Origin: the human T2T-CHM13v2.0 reference genome, Homo sapiens
Strand: one strand, 5' to 3'
Assembly: GCF_009914755.1 (NCBI RefSeq)
Contig: NC_060927.1
DNA length: 64,000 nucleotides
Both the position numbers and the translations under genes were made by a program. Of the stretch, positions 1 through 17,849 are shown in pieces (the stretch's first letter is position 1; each line of letters opens with the position of its first letter). Below the pieces are notes generated by a model. It saw nothing but the letters and a program-made list of their open reading frames with translations, searched no databases and was not told the DNA's origin.

Positions 1-975
1 CTTCAAAGAACCCAGAGAGTGAAAAAGACAGTCCACAGAATGGGAGAAAATAATTGCAAATCATATATCTGATAAGGGACTTATATTCAGATTATATAAA
101 GCATTCTTACAACTCAACAACAGAAAGACAACGCCATTAAGAAGTGGGTAAAGGACTCAAACACATTTCTCCCAAGAAAATACACAAATGTTCATCGAAC
201 ACATGAAAGATACTCAGTGTCATTAGTCATTAGGGAAATGCAAATCAAAACCATGGTAAGATACACTTCACACCCAGTAGGATTGCTAGAATCAATAAAA
301 TGGAAAATAATAAAGTACTGGCAAGAAAGTGGAGAAATTAGAACCTTCATACATTCCCATATGTGGGAATGTAAAATGGTGTAGCCGCATTGGAAACAGT
401 TTCACAGTTCCTCAAAATGTTAAACAAAGATTACCATACAATCCAGAAATCACATTTCTAGATATATATCCAAGTGAAATGAAAACATACACCCATGTAA
501 AAATGTATACATGAGCATTATTTATAATAGCGAAAAAGTGGAAACAACCCAGATGTCTATCTACTGATAAGTGGATGAACAAAATGTGATATATCTGTGC
601 AATGGAATATTATTTGACAATAAAAAATACTAAAGTACTGATACATACTCCAACATGAATGACCCTTGAGAACATTATGCAAAGTGAAAGAAGCCAGTCA
701 TAAAAGACCACATATTATATGATTCCATTTATAGGAAATGTCCATAATACTCAAATCTATAGGGACTAAAAGTAGATCAGAGGTTGCCTAGGGCTGGGAG
801 ATTGAGAGTAATGGGTACAGAGTTTCTTTTTGGGTTGTTGAAAAAATTCTAAAATTGATTGTGGTTATGATTGTACAATTCTGCTGGTAAATGAAAAACC
901 ACTAGATTGTGCACTTTAAATGTGTGCATTGTATGTCATGTGAATTATATCTCAGTGAAGTTGTTTACAAAAATG
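1..975 (+). mobile_element. Old L1 (L1MB/L1MC-like) ORF2 3' end and 3' UTR
   Basis: Degenerate L1 motifs (cacagaatgggagaaaata, atgcaaatcaaaacc, ggaaacaacccagatgtc, L1M-type 3' UTR). Confidence 0.85.
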
Positions 976-2130
976 CCAGTAGATGGTCAAAGAATATGAA
1001 TAAGGCAATCATGCAAGACATACAGGTGGCCAATATGCATATTTTAGGTGCTCATTCAGTATTACTAATAATTAAAATAACTCTAAATTAGAACAGTTCA
1101 TTAACTTCTTGTTGCTCCTTAGATTGACAAAGACTAAACAGACTGAAAACACCAAAAAAAAAAAGAAAGAAAAAAAAGGAATCTGCTAACAATCTTGTGT
1201 TTAAAAAAATAGGAATCTTTAAATTTCTAACTGAATTAAACAGAATTATCTGTGGTTAATTGTCTTATAGGAATGTTGTCCTTTTTTGCTAAGAATATAG
1301 CCCTAGAATTAAAATTATCCAACTGAAAGGACCTCTAGAAATCACTAAATTCAATCTGTTTATTGGCCTAGAAAGATTAAGGGATTTGTTCAAATTACAA
1401 GCTAATTAATGGCATAGACAGGTCTATATTCCAAGTTTCCTGACTTTTCTACTAGGGCTGTGCTTTTCTACAAAATTGGACACAGTTATCAAAAGCTGGA
1501 ACTTCCAAGTGCCAGAATTATAGAGGGAAAGATTGGGATGCTAGAACCTTCCCTTCTATAATGGGGACAAATTAAGATTGTTTGGGTATTCATTTTACTT
1601 CTGATTGTTTAATACTCTACATTAGCTAGTCTTGTGTTTAAATTCTATTCCCTGTCTCTTGGTCTCTTATTTTTGGATGCTTTCTTGTTCAAATTTTCCA
1701 TACAGTCTGTAAATTGGGTCTGTCTTATACAATGCATCAGACTATCCTATTATGAATCAAACAAACCTCCTATCCTGTTATTTCTTACCAGTTTTTTTTT
1801 CTGAATGCCACACTTATTAGACAATCATCCTAGACCTGTTTCACAATCTCTTTTATAGTAAGGTACTGTTGGCTTTTAATGTTTTCTCCATAAGACAACA
1901 TTTGTTTACTTCCTCAGTCTTTTTATCTGTGTGCCATAGTATCAGCATATACATCATTGTTAGTATAACCTCTTTACCAATTACTTGTTGAAATTTATAT
2001 TTTTATATATTCAATTTTGTTTTTACTAGACTGAGCAATCTTGGCTAGATACTATATTTTGCTTATCTCTATACGTCTCAGACTCAGTTGATACTTAGTA
2101 AATATTTGTTAGATAAATAAATACCTGAGA

Positions 2131-2453
<323 letters not shown>

Positions 2454-2503
2454 TCAACTTTTTGTGTTTCCTGGTTAACATTTTACCTATTTTTTTCTTT
2501 CAG

Positions 2504-2633
2504 AATTTGGAGTTGTCTGCTTAATATTTTCTGCAACACTAGCTTATTTCCCACCCCGACCTCCTCTTCCTCCCAGTGTTGCTGCAGCTAGCCAGCGGCT
2601 GAGTTATCGGAGAAGCGTTTGTAGATTATTAAG
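2504..2633 (+). CDS. SLC49A4: SLC49A4/DIRC2 internal coding exon (probably exon 4), 130 nt
   Basis: ttttctttcag|AATTTGGA...TTATTAAG|gtaaat; translates (E)[42 protein letters not shown](S), matching the DIRC2 protein as recalled; phase fits the next exon. Confidence 0.95.
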
Positions 2634-2779
2634 GTAAATATACTGAGAGTCACTGGATGGCTTTGACTGACACCTTCAAGGTAACTTCAGATTTTTAAAA
2701 AATAATTTAAGATAGTAATTTTTCAGCAACCTATTAATTAGGTTGTAAGTAATTGATAAAATACTAATTGAATATTTTA

Positions 2780-3145
2780 GATTTCCTACCAGAAATCTAT
2801 CTTGAAAAATCACCAAAAACAAAAACTTCTATAATTTTTGCCTTCTCTACATATCACCTATACTATTATTTGCTTAATGTTTTAAAAATCAAATATTTTA
2901 TTTTTCTTAAATAATTTTCTTTTTTAAAGAATCCCATATCATACAATAGTGTCTGTGAAATCATGAATTCTATGTGTTATACTTTTCCTAATATGCACAT
3001 TATTTTAACTTATTATGTATTTGTTAAGGCATATTAAAATAAGCAGGTGGTAGTCAATACAAAGTGAATAAAATAAATAATATTATTCACATATCACCTG
3101 AAATCATTTTCTGTACGAGCAGTAGGATCATACTTTAAGAAACCA
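2780..3145. mobile_element. Degenerate hAT-Charlie MITE (MER113-like)
   Basis: End resembles the MER113-type terminus (cacatatcacctgaaatcattt...catactttaagaaacca). Confidence 0.4.
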
Positions 3146-3447
3146 AATATATTATTTAATTTTATTGGTATAACTTAGTATAGTTAGATTAAACTCTACT
3201 CTTGAAGGCTCAAATGCCCAGTACTGAATTTAATTCTTGGGATATATAAAATACCACTATTGATTATGATTTGCAGTTGGACCACTAGACTTTGTCATTT
3301 GAAATTTTTTCACAGGTAGTTGTTATGAGTTTTTATTGATTCTTCAACAACTCTCTCTAAATTGGTTCTTTCTTTTCTTGGGTTCCTCTCCCCAGATGGT
3401 AAGTTTCTTGTGGTCAAGAAGCAGTATCTATGTCTTTACATCTGCTG

Positions 3448-3512
3448 CAGTAATACTGTCCAGTAGGAATAAAATGCAAGCCACATAAGTAATCTTACAT
3501 TTTCTGATAGTC
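3448..3512. mobile_element. Charlie1/MER33-family hAT DNA transposon, left piece
   Basis: cagtaatactgtccagtaggaataaaatgcaagccacataagtaatcttacattttctgatag matches the MER33/Charlie1 terminus; the sequence resumes near 9700. Confidence 0.7.
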
Positions 3513-5290
3513 TTCAATAAATTTTTATAAATCAAAATCATATCAAGTATCTTCTGTGACCACAGTGGAATAAAACTAGAAATCAACTCCAAAAGGAACC
3601 CTCAAAACTGTACAAACACACGGAAATTAAACAATCTGCTCCTGAATGATTTTTGGGTTAACAATGAAATCAAGATGAAAATTAAATTCTTTAACATGAA
3701 CCGTAATAGTGATGTAAGTTATTAAAACTTCTGGGATACAGCAAAAGCAGCGCTAAGAGGAAAGTTTATAGCACTAAATGCCTATATCAAAAAGTCTGAA
3801 AGATTACAAATTGACAACCTAATGTCACACCTCAAGAAACTAGAGAAACAATAACAAACCAAAACCAAAGCCAGCAGAAAAAAAGAAAAAACAAAGATCA
3901 GAGCAGAACTAAATAAAATTGAAACAAAAAATACAAAAGATCAATAAAACAAAAAGTTGGCTATTTGAAAAGATAAACAAAATTGATACCCCATTAGCTA
4001 GATTAACCAAGAAAAGAAGATTCAGTTAAGCTCAATTAAAAATGAAAATGGAGACGTTACAGTCAATACCACAGAAATACAAAAGATCATTCAAGACTAC
4101 TATGAACACCTCTATGGACACAAACTAGAAAATCTAGGGGAAATGGATAAACTTCTGGAAACATACAACCCTCCTAGATTAAATCAGGAAGAAATAGAAA
4201 CCCTGAACAGACCAATAATGAGCCGTGAGATTGATTCAGTAACTTAAAAATTGCCAACCAAGAAAAGGTTATGGTCAGATTGGCCAGATGGATTCACAGT
4301 TGAATTCTACCGGACTTTCAAAGAAGAATTTATACCAATCCTACTGAAACTATTCCAAAAGATTGAGAAAGCAGGAATCCTCCCTAACTCATTTTATGAA
4401 GCCATCACCCTGATACCAAAACCAGATTGAGAAAGAGGGACTCCTCCCTAACTCATTCTATGAAGACAGTGTCACCCTGATACCAAAACCGGAAAAAGAC
4501 ATAACAAAAAAGAAAACTACAGGCCAATAGCCTTGATGATCATAGATACAAAAATCCTTAATAAAAACACTAGCTTACTGAATCCAACAGCACATCAGAA
4601 AGATAATACACCATGATCAAGTGGGTTTCATACCAGAGATTGTTTAAAATACGCAAGTCAAATGTGATATATGACATAAACAGAATTAACAACAAAAACA
4701 GTATGATCATAATAGATGCAGAAAAGGCATTCAGTAGCATCTCTTTATGATAAAAAAAAAACCCTCAACAAACTAGGCATAGAAGGGACATACTTCAAAA
4801 TAAAAGCTGTATATGACAAACCCACAGCCAACATCATACTGAATGGGAAAACTTGAAAGTATTTCCCCTGAGAACTGGAACAAGACAAGGATGCCCACAT
4901 TCACCACTTCAGTTCGAAAGTACTAGAAGTCCTAGCCAGAACAGTCAGGCAACTGAAAGAAATAAAGGGCATCCAAATTGGAAAAAGAGGAAGTCAAATG
5001 ATCACTGTTTGCCAATGATATGATCATATACCTAAAAAACCCTAAAGACTCTTCCAAAAGACTCCTAGATTTGATAAATGAATTCAGTAAACTCTCAGGT
5101 TACAAAATCAGTGTACACAAATCAGTAGCACTGCTCTACACCAACAACGAGAAAGGCAAGAATCAAATGAATAACTCAGTCCTCTTTACAATAGCTGCAA
5201 AAAAATTAAAATACCTAGGAATATTCTTAACCAAGAAGGTGAAATATCTCTACAATAACTACAAAACACTGCTGAAAGAAATCATAGATG
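3513..5290 (+). mobile_element. L1PB-like element, 5'-truncated, left part (ORF2)
   Basis: Frameshifted ORF2 homology; the RT FADD motif reads FAND; ORF 5020-5304 is ORF2-like. Confidence 0.92.
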
Positions 5291-7911
<2,621 letters not shown>

Positions 7912-9575
7912 AAAGAAATCATAGATGACACAAAAAAATGGAAACACATTCCATGTTCATGGATTGGAAGAATCAATATTGTGAAAATGACCATACTGCC
8001 CAAAGCAATCTACAGATTCAGTGCAGTTACTATCAAAATAGCAACATCATTTTTCATAGAATTAGAAAAAAAAATCCTAAAATTCATATGTAACCAAAAA
8101 AGAGTCCAAATAGCCAAAGCAATCCTAAGCAAAAGGAACAAATCTGGAGGCATCACATTACCTGACTTCAAATTATACTACAAGGGTATAGTTACTAAAA
8201 CAGCATGGTACTGGTATAAAAGTAGTCAATGGGACAGTCCAATGGAACAGAATAGAGAAATCAGAAATGAAGCCAAATACATACAACCAACTAATCTTCA
8301 GCAAAGCATACAAAAACATAAATTGGAGAAAGGACACCCTATTTAATAAATAGTTCTGGGAAAACTGGCAAGCCACAAGTAGAAGAATGAAACTGGATCC
8401 CTATCTCTCACCTTATACAAAAATAAACTCAAGATGCATCAAAGACTTAAATATAAGATCTGAAACCATAAAAATTCTAGAAGATAATGTTGGAGAAACA
8501 CTTCTGGACATTGGCCTAGGCAAAGAATTCATGACTAATACCCCAAAAGCAAATGCAACAAAAACAAAAATAAACGGGACCTAATTAAACAAAAAGTTTC
8601 TGTACAGCAAAAGAAGTAATCATCAGAGTAAACAAACAGCCCACAGAATGGGCGAAAATATTTGCAAACTCTGTATCTGACAGGAGACTAATATCTAGAA
8701 TCTACAAAGGAACTCAAACAGATCAGCAAGAAAAAAAAAATCTCATCAAAAAGTGGGCAAATGTCATGACCAGGAGACATTTCTCAGAAGAAGACATACA
8801 AACACTAACAAACATAGGAAAAAATGCTCAACATCACTAATCATCAGGGAAATGCACATTAAAACCACAATTAGATACCACCTTACCCCTGCAAGAATAG
8901 CCATTATTAAAAAGTCAAAAAACAATAGATGTTGACATGGATGTGGTGAAAAGGGAATGCTTATACACTGCTGGTAGGAATGTGAGTTAGTACCACCTCT
9001 ATGCAAAACAGTATGGAGATTCCTTAAAGAACTAAAAGGAGATCTACCATTCAACCCAGCAATCCCACTACTGGTGTCTACCCAAAGGAGAAAAGTCTTT
9101 ATATGAAAAAGACGTATGCACATGCACATACATGTTTATACCAACACAATTTGCAATTCCAAAGATATGGAACCAACCTAAGTGCCCATTGACCAATGAG
9201 TAGGAAAATGAGTGTATATACACCATAGAATACTACTCAGCCGTAAAAAAAGAACAAAATAATGCTTTTACATCAACTTGTAGGGAGCTGGAAGCCGTTA
9301 TTCTAAGTGAAGTAACTCAGGAATGCAAAATCAAACACTGTATGTTCTGACTTATAAGTGGGAGCTAAGCTTAGGGTAGGCAAAGACAGAGTGGTATAGT
9401 GGACTTTGGAGACTCAGAATGGAGAGGATGGTGGAGACTGAAGGGTAACAAACTCCATATTGGGTACACTGTACACTACTCAGGTGGCAGGTGCACCAAA
9501 GTCTCAGACTTCACCGCTATCCAATTCATCCTTGTAACCAAAAATCATTTGTACCCCAAAAGCTATTGAAATTTT
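7912..9575 (+). mobile_element. L1PB-like element, right part (ORF2 end and 3' UTR)
   Basis: Continues collinearly after the TSD ([16 protein letters not shown]); L1PB3/4-type 3' UTR ending tgtaccccaaaagctattgaaat. Confidence 0.92.
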
Positions 9576-9699
9576 TAAAAATTTGTTTTAATTTTTTGTA
9601 TATTTGGGATAAAAATCTTTGAAAATTTTTAATAATCTTATTTTAACAGGAAAAATAAGTAAAATTAATTAGAAATAAGTAAAATTAATAAGTAAAATT

Positions 9700-10852
9700 A
9701 GTTCTAAGAAATGAGTAAAATCAATTTTAGTAGCATATTGTTTAACCAAGCATATCTAAAACATTATTTTAACATGTAATCAATATTAAAACTTATTAAT
9801 GAGATATGTTATTCATAACATCTTTGATATTCAGTGGATATTTTGCACTTAAAGCACATGTCAATTTGGACATTAAATTTTTACTGGAAATACTTGATTT
9901 CCAGTAGAATTAAGTGGAATATTTCAGATATCACTAAATTTACCGTTGAAAAAGTATGCATTGAGCAATGTCTCTTGTATTGCACTGTTTATCCTAAGTT
10001 AAAAATAAATAATTAGTTTCTGAAATTTTGAATCAACAGATATTTGCTATCGTTAGAAAGGATCTTACATTCTATAGGCCATTGTTTGGGGCTTAATTGC
10101 AGATCTAACACTTCTGTAGAATACTATTTTTATTCTTTTCCTCGTAATTTTTAACAAATTTCCATAGCTAAAAACAATTCCTTTACCATCTCTTGATCTA
10201 AAATGCTTTTCTTTTTGTACAAGGATCCAAACAGTTTTATAGCTGGCCAAATTATTAGTTCAGATCTGTTAAAAATCATTTAAGTGTTCATTGGACATTT
10301 AATTCTGATTTCAGGCAACTAATTTTCTTGATTCTTTTTTGATCTGAAAAGAAACGTCTATAAAATTGACCATGTGTTTGCTAAAATGTCTTTTAATATT
10401 ATTCACTTAATTATTCTAAACTTTTTTTCCACAGCAGACATTTTATTTTGCTCTGCTGTAGCAAATTGTAATTGCCGTTCATTGTGAAGTTTGCAACATG
10501 CCGTCTTCTCTTTTGGTCTCTTCTTTCTACAGGAAATATTCAAATACACAAATTACAATGTCACATGTCACATCAGTGTGTAGAAAAAAATAATTAGAAC
10601 TGAATCCATTCATTGACGCCAATATCAGTGATGGATGATGATACTAGAGACAACACATGCCCCAGCATGCACACTATAATAATATCTTAGTGTTGCAGCT
10701 GTTAAAGTAAAATGTACTCCTACCAAACAGAGTTACGTTTAATGGAAAAGTAACTTTCACTGCTTCGCTTCAAATTTAGATTTAAATTAGTTAAAATGAA
10801 ATAAAATTAAAAACTCAGTTCCTTGGTTGCACCAGCCACATTTCAAATGCTA
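9700..10852. mobile_element. Charlie1a-like hAT transposon, right piece
   Basis: tttaaccaagcatatctaaaacatt...aacatgtaatcaatattaaaacttattaatgagatat through ctcagttccttggttgcaccagccacatttcaaatgc. Confidence 0.7.
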
Positions 10853-10856
10853 TGTA

Positions 10857-11088
10857 ATATTGTTTTCCAAACTTTGGTTTACAGCCAACTAATTCAGTGA
10901 GGTGACAGCCATTTTCCTTAAGCAAAATAGAATGGAATAAAATAGAATAGAAAATATTATTTCATCACATGTAATAAGGATACCTTCTTTTAGACTTTTG
11001 TTTCAGTATATATGTTGCATATAGGTAGGTCACAAAGTAAAAATAAATTTCTTACTCTGGGTACAGTAAAAAGTTTTTGAAAATCACT
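10857..11088. mobile_element. hAT-Charlie MITE (MER112-like)
   Basis: Imperfect TIRs ttttccaaact...agtttttgaaaatcact; internal aatagaatagaaaata. Confidence 0.45.
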
Positions 11089-11247
11089 TCTCTATAGCAC
11101 GTCGTACATTGCCTTTCACATAATAGGTAAAAAAAAATGTTAGGTTGAATTGTGATTAGTGGCACACATTTGTAAGATGACAGTTTAAAATGATCGTTTT
11201 TTAAAAACAATGCCACTTAAGTAAATTTTTTTCCATGCAAACCTAGC

Positions 11248-11843
<596 letters not shown>

Positions 11844-12199
11844 TTCTGACAAGGAAAAACAGTTAACTTAAAATTGTCCCCCCAACCCCTTTGACTTGTG
11901 TTTACTTCTAATTACCCTAGAGTCAAACTCTTCATTCTGTTTAAACCGTAAAGTGTAAGATCTTCCTTCTCTATAAAGAGTCCTTTTCACCAGTACCTAA
12001 CATTCCTTTGTCTTTTATTGCTTACTCTGCATGAATGCCAGCTTCTACCTTTGGGCTCTCCAGGGGAGTTCTGTGGGCCTGCCATGCCCCATTCCCTTCC
12101 TACCAGTGTAATTACCCCCAGTCTCTCATAGAATTCCTGAAATCATTGCTTTCTGAGTTAATCAGATTATTTGCCAGCACGTAAACACATTTACTCATC

Positions 12200-13335
12200 T
12201 ACTTTTTTTACGTTTATATTTCCTTCTCCCATTTCCCTCCCCCAACCCAGGCCACCTCTCAGATGCCTTTAATGTGTATCTCTTTGTCTCTGTGCTTTTG
12301 CAGTATGTGTACTGTTTTGTATGCATCTATGTTTAATTCATCTAAATTATGCCATATTGTGCATATCATTCTGTTTGACATTTTTCACTAAGCACTACAT
12401 GGTTTATTTTTTTTTAACTTTTCATTTGGGAATGTTACAATAATATACAAAGGTAGAATAGTATAACCCCTATAAGTCGGTATCAACAATTGTCAGTGAG
12501 TTTACAACCAGTCTCGTTTTATCTTTGTACCACCCACTTCCCACTTCCCACCTTCCTGCATCATGAAACAAATCCCAGATGACAACTCCATTTCATCCAG
12601 AAATATTTCAATATGTGCAATATATGTCAAAAATAGACTCTTTTTAACATATAGTGCCGTTATTTTAACTAAAAACTTTTAAATAATAATTTGCTAATAT
12701 CAAATCAGTGTTTAAATTTTCAATTATCTCATAAACATTTAACAGTTTGTTTGAACAGTTTCCACATTAGGGCCACACATTGCAATTGGTCCAAAGTGCC
12801 TTAGAATCTATAGGTTTCCTTAACATGGCTCTTTGTTTCTTATAATTTAATTGTTGAGGAGCCAGCACTTTTATTCCCAACATCTGGATTTTGTTGATTT
12901 CCTCATTGTATAGTTTGACATGTTCCCCTCTCCTTTATGGTTCTTGTAAAGTATGTTGTGATTCAGGTTTTAGTTTTGCTTTTGTTTTTGTTTTACAAGA
13001 CCGCTTCGTAAGTGATGCTGCTTCCTTTCATCAGGAGGCATATAATATCTGGACAACTCTCATTTTGTGATGTTAGCACTCTGTTTCAAGATGCACCCCT
13101 GCTGCTGTGTGTACACCTAGTTCTTTGTACTCCATGGTATTAATCTATCACATTTCATCTACTCATTCTCATTGTGTACCCAGATTGCCTCCAATTTATT
13201 GTTACCATAAACACTACTGCAGTGACATCCTCATGCACGTCACCATAGACCTGAAAATTTCTTTGGAAAACAGACCCTGTAACATGATTGCTAGGTCATA
13301 AAATAGTCTAAGCTTAATTTGTCAAGTACTGCCAG
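12200..13335 (-). mobile_element. Old L1M (L1MC/L1ME) 3' fragments
   Basis: Antisense L1M 3' UTR-type sequence (tcatcaggaggcatataatatctgg, tgattgctaggtcata). Confidence 0.55.
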
Positions 13336-13562
13336 ATTGTAGTGATGTGATCATAGCACACAGTAACCACCTGCCTCAGCCTTGCAATTAACTGGGATTA
13401 CAGGTGCACACCACTATACCTGGCTAATTTTTATATATTTTTTATAGAGGTGAGGTCTCACTATCTTGCTCAGGCTGATCTTGAACTCCTGGCCTCAAGT
13501 TATTCTCCTACCTTGGTCTCCCAAAGTGCTGAGATTACAGGCATGAGCCACCATACCTGGCC
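13336..13562 (-). mobile_element. Alu fragment (AluJ-like)
   Basis: Antisense Alu ending ccaaagtgctgagattacaggcatgagccaccatacctggcc. Confidence 0.9.
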
Positions 13563-13682
13563 AGAGCTTTTTTTAAACTACCTACTCATTTGATGAAATA
13601 ATATTGGTTATCTGTATAATAAACATTGAGAATTTTAAACAATATGAACAAAATATTATTCTTATAAAAATAAAAAATTTCA

Positions 13683-13986
<304 letters not shown>

Positions 13987-14062
13987 ATTTCAAGAAGCTT
14001 GAATTTATTAACTGACAGATTTTTTTCTTTTATAAAGCTTGCCACTTTGAGCTTCTTGAAGA

Positions 14063-14157
14063 ATATATATATATATACCTGTACATACACATATTGTACA
14101 TATATGTGTATATATAGTTATTCATATGTGTATATGTGTGTATATATACATATATAT
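14063..14157. repeat. Compound (TA)n/(CA)/(TG) microsatellite at an L1 tail
   Basis: atatatatatatacctgtacatacacatat...gtgtgtatatatacatatatat. Confidence 0.85.
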
Positions 14158-14835
14158 TTTTTAACTTTTAGGCTCAGGGTACGTGTGCAGATTTGTTACA
14201 TGGGTAAATTCCATGTCATGGGGGTTTGGTGTACAGATTGTTTTGTCACCCAGATAATAAGCATAGTATCCAATAGGTAGTTTTTCTGTCCTCACCCTCC
14301 TCCCACCCTGCACCCTCAAGTTGGTCCCAGTGTCTGTTTTTCCCTTCTTTGTGTCCATATGTACTTGATGTTTAGCTCCCACTGATAAGTGAGAACATGT
14401 GGTATTTGCTTTTCTGTTCCTGTGTTAGTTTTCTTAGGATAATGGCCTCCTGCTCCATCCGTGTTGCTGCAAAGGTTGTGATCTTGTTCTTTTTTATGTC
14501 TGTGGAGTATTCCATAGTGTATTTGTACCACATTTTCTTTATCCAGTCTACCATTTATGGCCATTTAGGTTGATTCCACATCTTTGCTATTGTGAATAGT
14601 GCTGCAGTGAATACACTCGTGCATGTGTTTTTATAGTGGAGTGATTTACCCAATAATGGATTGCTGGGTCAAATGGTAATTCTCTTTTAAGTTCTTTTAG
14701 AAATTGCCAAACTGCCTTCCATGGTGGCTGAACCAATTTACACTTCAACCAGCAGTATATATGCGTTTCCTTTTCTCTGCTACCTTTCCAGCACGTTTTT
14801 TTTTTTTTTTTTTTTTGAGTTTTTAATGCCATTCT
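14158..14835 (-). mobile_element. Primate L1 3' end (old L1PA/L1PB), antisense
   Basis: Minus ORFs give the ORF2 C-terminus (WIKKMWYKYTMEY, CWLKCKLVQPPWK) plus 3' UTR. Confidence 0.9.
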
Positions 14836-14950
14836 GCAGATATTTTCTGATTCTGGTGTTCCAGTTTCCAAATGACATACATTTTTCATGACTAAGTTTA
14901 TTCTAGATTTTTAATTTGTTACAATGTTTCCTTTTATTTCTCATTCACAG

Positions 14951-15059
14951 CAATTTTCGATTTTTGATGATTGCTTTAGCATATGCCATACCACTTGGTG
15001 TATTTGCTGGCTGGTCTGGAGTTCTGGACTTAATTTTAACACCAGCGCATGTCAGCCAA
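14951..15059 (+). CDS. SLC49A4: SLC49A4 coding exon (probably exon 5), 109 nt
   Basis: tcattcacag|CAATTTTCGA...GTCAGCCAA|gtaagt; (S)[36 protein letters not shown]. Confidence 0.95.
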
Positions 15060-15609
15060 GTAAGTATTTTATTTCTTTATATGTTGTAGGTATTTTTGTT
15101 CATTTAATTTATAAATACTGGTTACGTGTTCTTGGTTTTAGCTTCAAGGACTGGGTAAAACATCGTCCTATACCATTGTTGCAAAAGCAAGATCTTTATG
15201 GAATAGGTAAAAAATAATGTTGATTTTCCTCCTTGATTTTGACAATAGTTGTGAATTTCACATTTCTGTGGGCATTATTAATGATACTACTGGTTTTTTA
15301 AAAAAGGAAGGAAGTCTTAGTTTTGTTGACCCCATTCTTTATCCTTGCTTCGTACCTTATAAAGAAGATTAAGATCCCATCATCAAATATATAGCTATTT
15401 CTTCATCTAGTTTCTGACTTTCTCTCTGGGCTCCAAATAAGGGTATTTCATTTCTTTAAAAATAAACATTTCACCTATATGCTTGATGTCATCCATTCCT
15501 TCTCTTTGCTTCCAGATAGCATGGTAGAAAGGAGGAGAGAGAAATTTTGAGAGGTAAATAGAAGAGAACACACTGCTGTGATATTCTATTGTATGAGTAA
15601 AAAAAAAAA

Positions 15610-15990
15610 AATTTGTCTATTCTGCTTTTGGTGAACATTTGGATTGGATTGTTAACCAGTTTTGACAGCCACAAACAATGCTGTATTAACACTCTCTTAC
15701 ATGTCTCTATGCACCTCTATACACATTTCTACTGGATACATATCTAGGAATGGAACTGCTGCGTATAGTATATGCTACTTTGGTAGATGATGCCAAACTT
15801 CTCCAAAGTGGTGGTATCCATGTGTAATCCTACCAGCAAAAATTTCTCATCATCCCACATCATTTGCCACTTGTGTGATAATATTAGTCTTTTTCACTTT
15901 AGACATGCTGATAGCTGTGCAGTTGTATGCCATCATAGTGACTTCTGTGGTGTCTTTTCAGTGTGAATTGGATATTTTGAATATCTTTTT
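15610..15990 (-). mobile_element. L1ME-like fragment
   Basis: atatctaggaatggaactgctg...tgccaaacttctccaaagtggtggt, antisense L1 ORF2 end. Confidence 0.65.
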
Positions 15991-16489
15991 CTTGTGACAT
16001 ACTAGTTTGAGTCTCTTGCCCACTATTGGGCTGCCTTTTTCTTACCGATACGTAAAGAAGAGGGCTGTGCAGAAGAGGGCTCCCCAGAGGACTTTGGGGG
16101 ACTCCAGTAATCTTTGGCTGAGAAATGGGCTGCACATATAAAGGGCAAAACTACTGGAGGCTTAACAGAGAGAGTGGTATGGGTTGAAAGCAGAACAAAG
16201 ATAGAAGACGTCAAGATTGTCTTGGAGTTCTGGCCCAGCCAGAATGGTAACACCTCATTCACACTTGTTAACCAGAATAGCCAAACTGTAGAATCAAGGA
16301 CCATGCCCTAGGTAGAGGAAGCCTTACTCTAGTGTAGACCCATTATAAACAAAGACAAAAATCTGAAGAGGAGAGAGTTTGGAGATCTATCCTTATAAAG
16401 TACAAAATGAGGCCTACACATGCTCAAGGTGATCAACTAGTAATTGAACTGCCTACTAGAACAAAAGCCAGCCATCTTAGAAAAGATAA

Positions 16490-16916
<427 letters not shown>

Positions 16917-17076
16917 TCAAATATAGATACATAAAATTAAAAAAATTAAAAAAGCAATCATTAGAAACCAACTCTTAGATACTCTAGATGTTGGATTTAG
17001 CAGACTGAGGCTATAATGCAGAAAAGAGAAAGATAAATCTTTGCTTGCTCCAAGTTCATAAATATGTTATCTTGTA

Positions 17077-17302
17077 CAACTGTGTCATCCTGTATAGTAG
17101 CTACTAGCCACATTCAAAATAAACTTCAAACTTAATTGATATTTAAACCAATTGAAATGAAATAAAAGTAAAAAATCACTTCCTTAGTTGCAGTAGCACT
17201 TTTCAAGTGCGGGATAGCCACATGAGACTAGCAGCTACCATGTTGCACGGTGTAGATAGAGAGCATTTCTATCATCAAAGAAAGTTCTATTGGACAGTGC
17301 TG
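17077..17302. mobile_element. MER3 hAT MITE
   Basis: tagctactagccaca...gatagccacatgagactagcagctacc...agaaagttctattggacagtgctg. Confidence 0.75.
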
Positions 17303-17849
17303 TTCTGGAGCTCTGTTCTTTTACCTGTCACATTTACCTAGAATTTAAACCTAGAATTGATTTTATATTTATTATAGGCGTTAAGTTTCTTTTTTCCCCA
17401 TAGATATTTGTTAACCTAATATCAGTGTTTGAAAAGATCATTTTTTTTCTTCACTGCCCTCTATTCATCTTTGTTGTAAGCAAGTCTCCTTATATACACT
17501 GGTGTATTTCTAGACTTTATTCCTTTAGTCTGTTTGTCTGTCCCTGCACCAATACCAAATTGTGTTATTTATACTAGTGTTATAAATAAGTACTAGTTTT
17601 GATATTTAGTAAATTTCTCCCTTTATTAGGATTTCTGTTAGAGTTTTTATATTTACAGATCATTTTCAAAATTAACTCCTTTATAATATTTGAGTTTTCT
17701 GAACCCTGATCATTATATTTCTCCTCATTTACTTAGGTCCCAATGTCTCTGAATGATGCTTTATAATTTTCAGCAAAGATACCTTCTATGTGTTTGTTAG
17801 CTTTATTCTCAGGTATTTGATACCTTTTGAAGCTGAGCAGCTTTTAAAA

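Noticed and set aside
9654-9700. aataagtaaaatt x3 (and tatactgatttt x3 at about 18472-18509)
   Set aside because: Ordinary slippage repeats at or within repeat elements.
14924-15217. 97-aa ORF spanning a coding exon
   Set aside because: Off-frame read through intron-exon-intron; splice phases fix the real frame.
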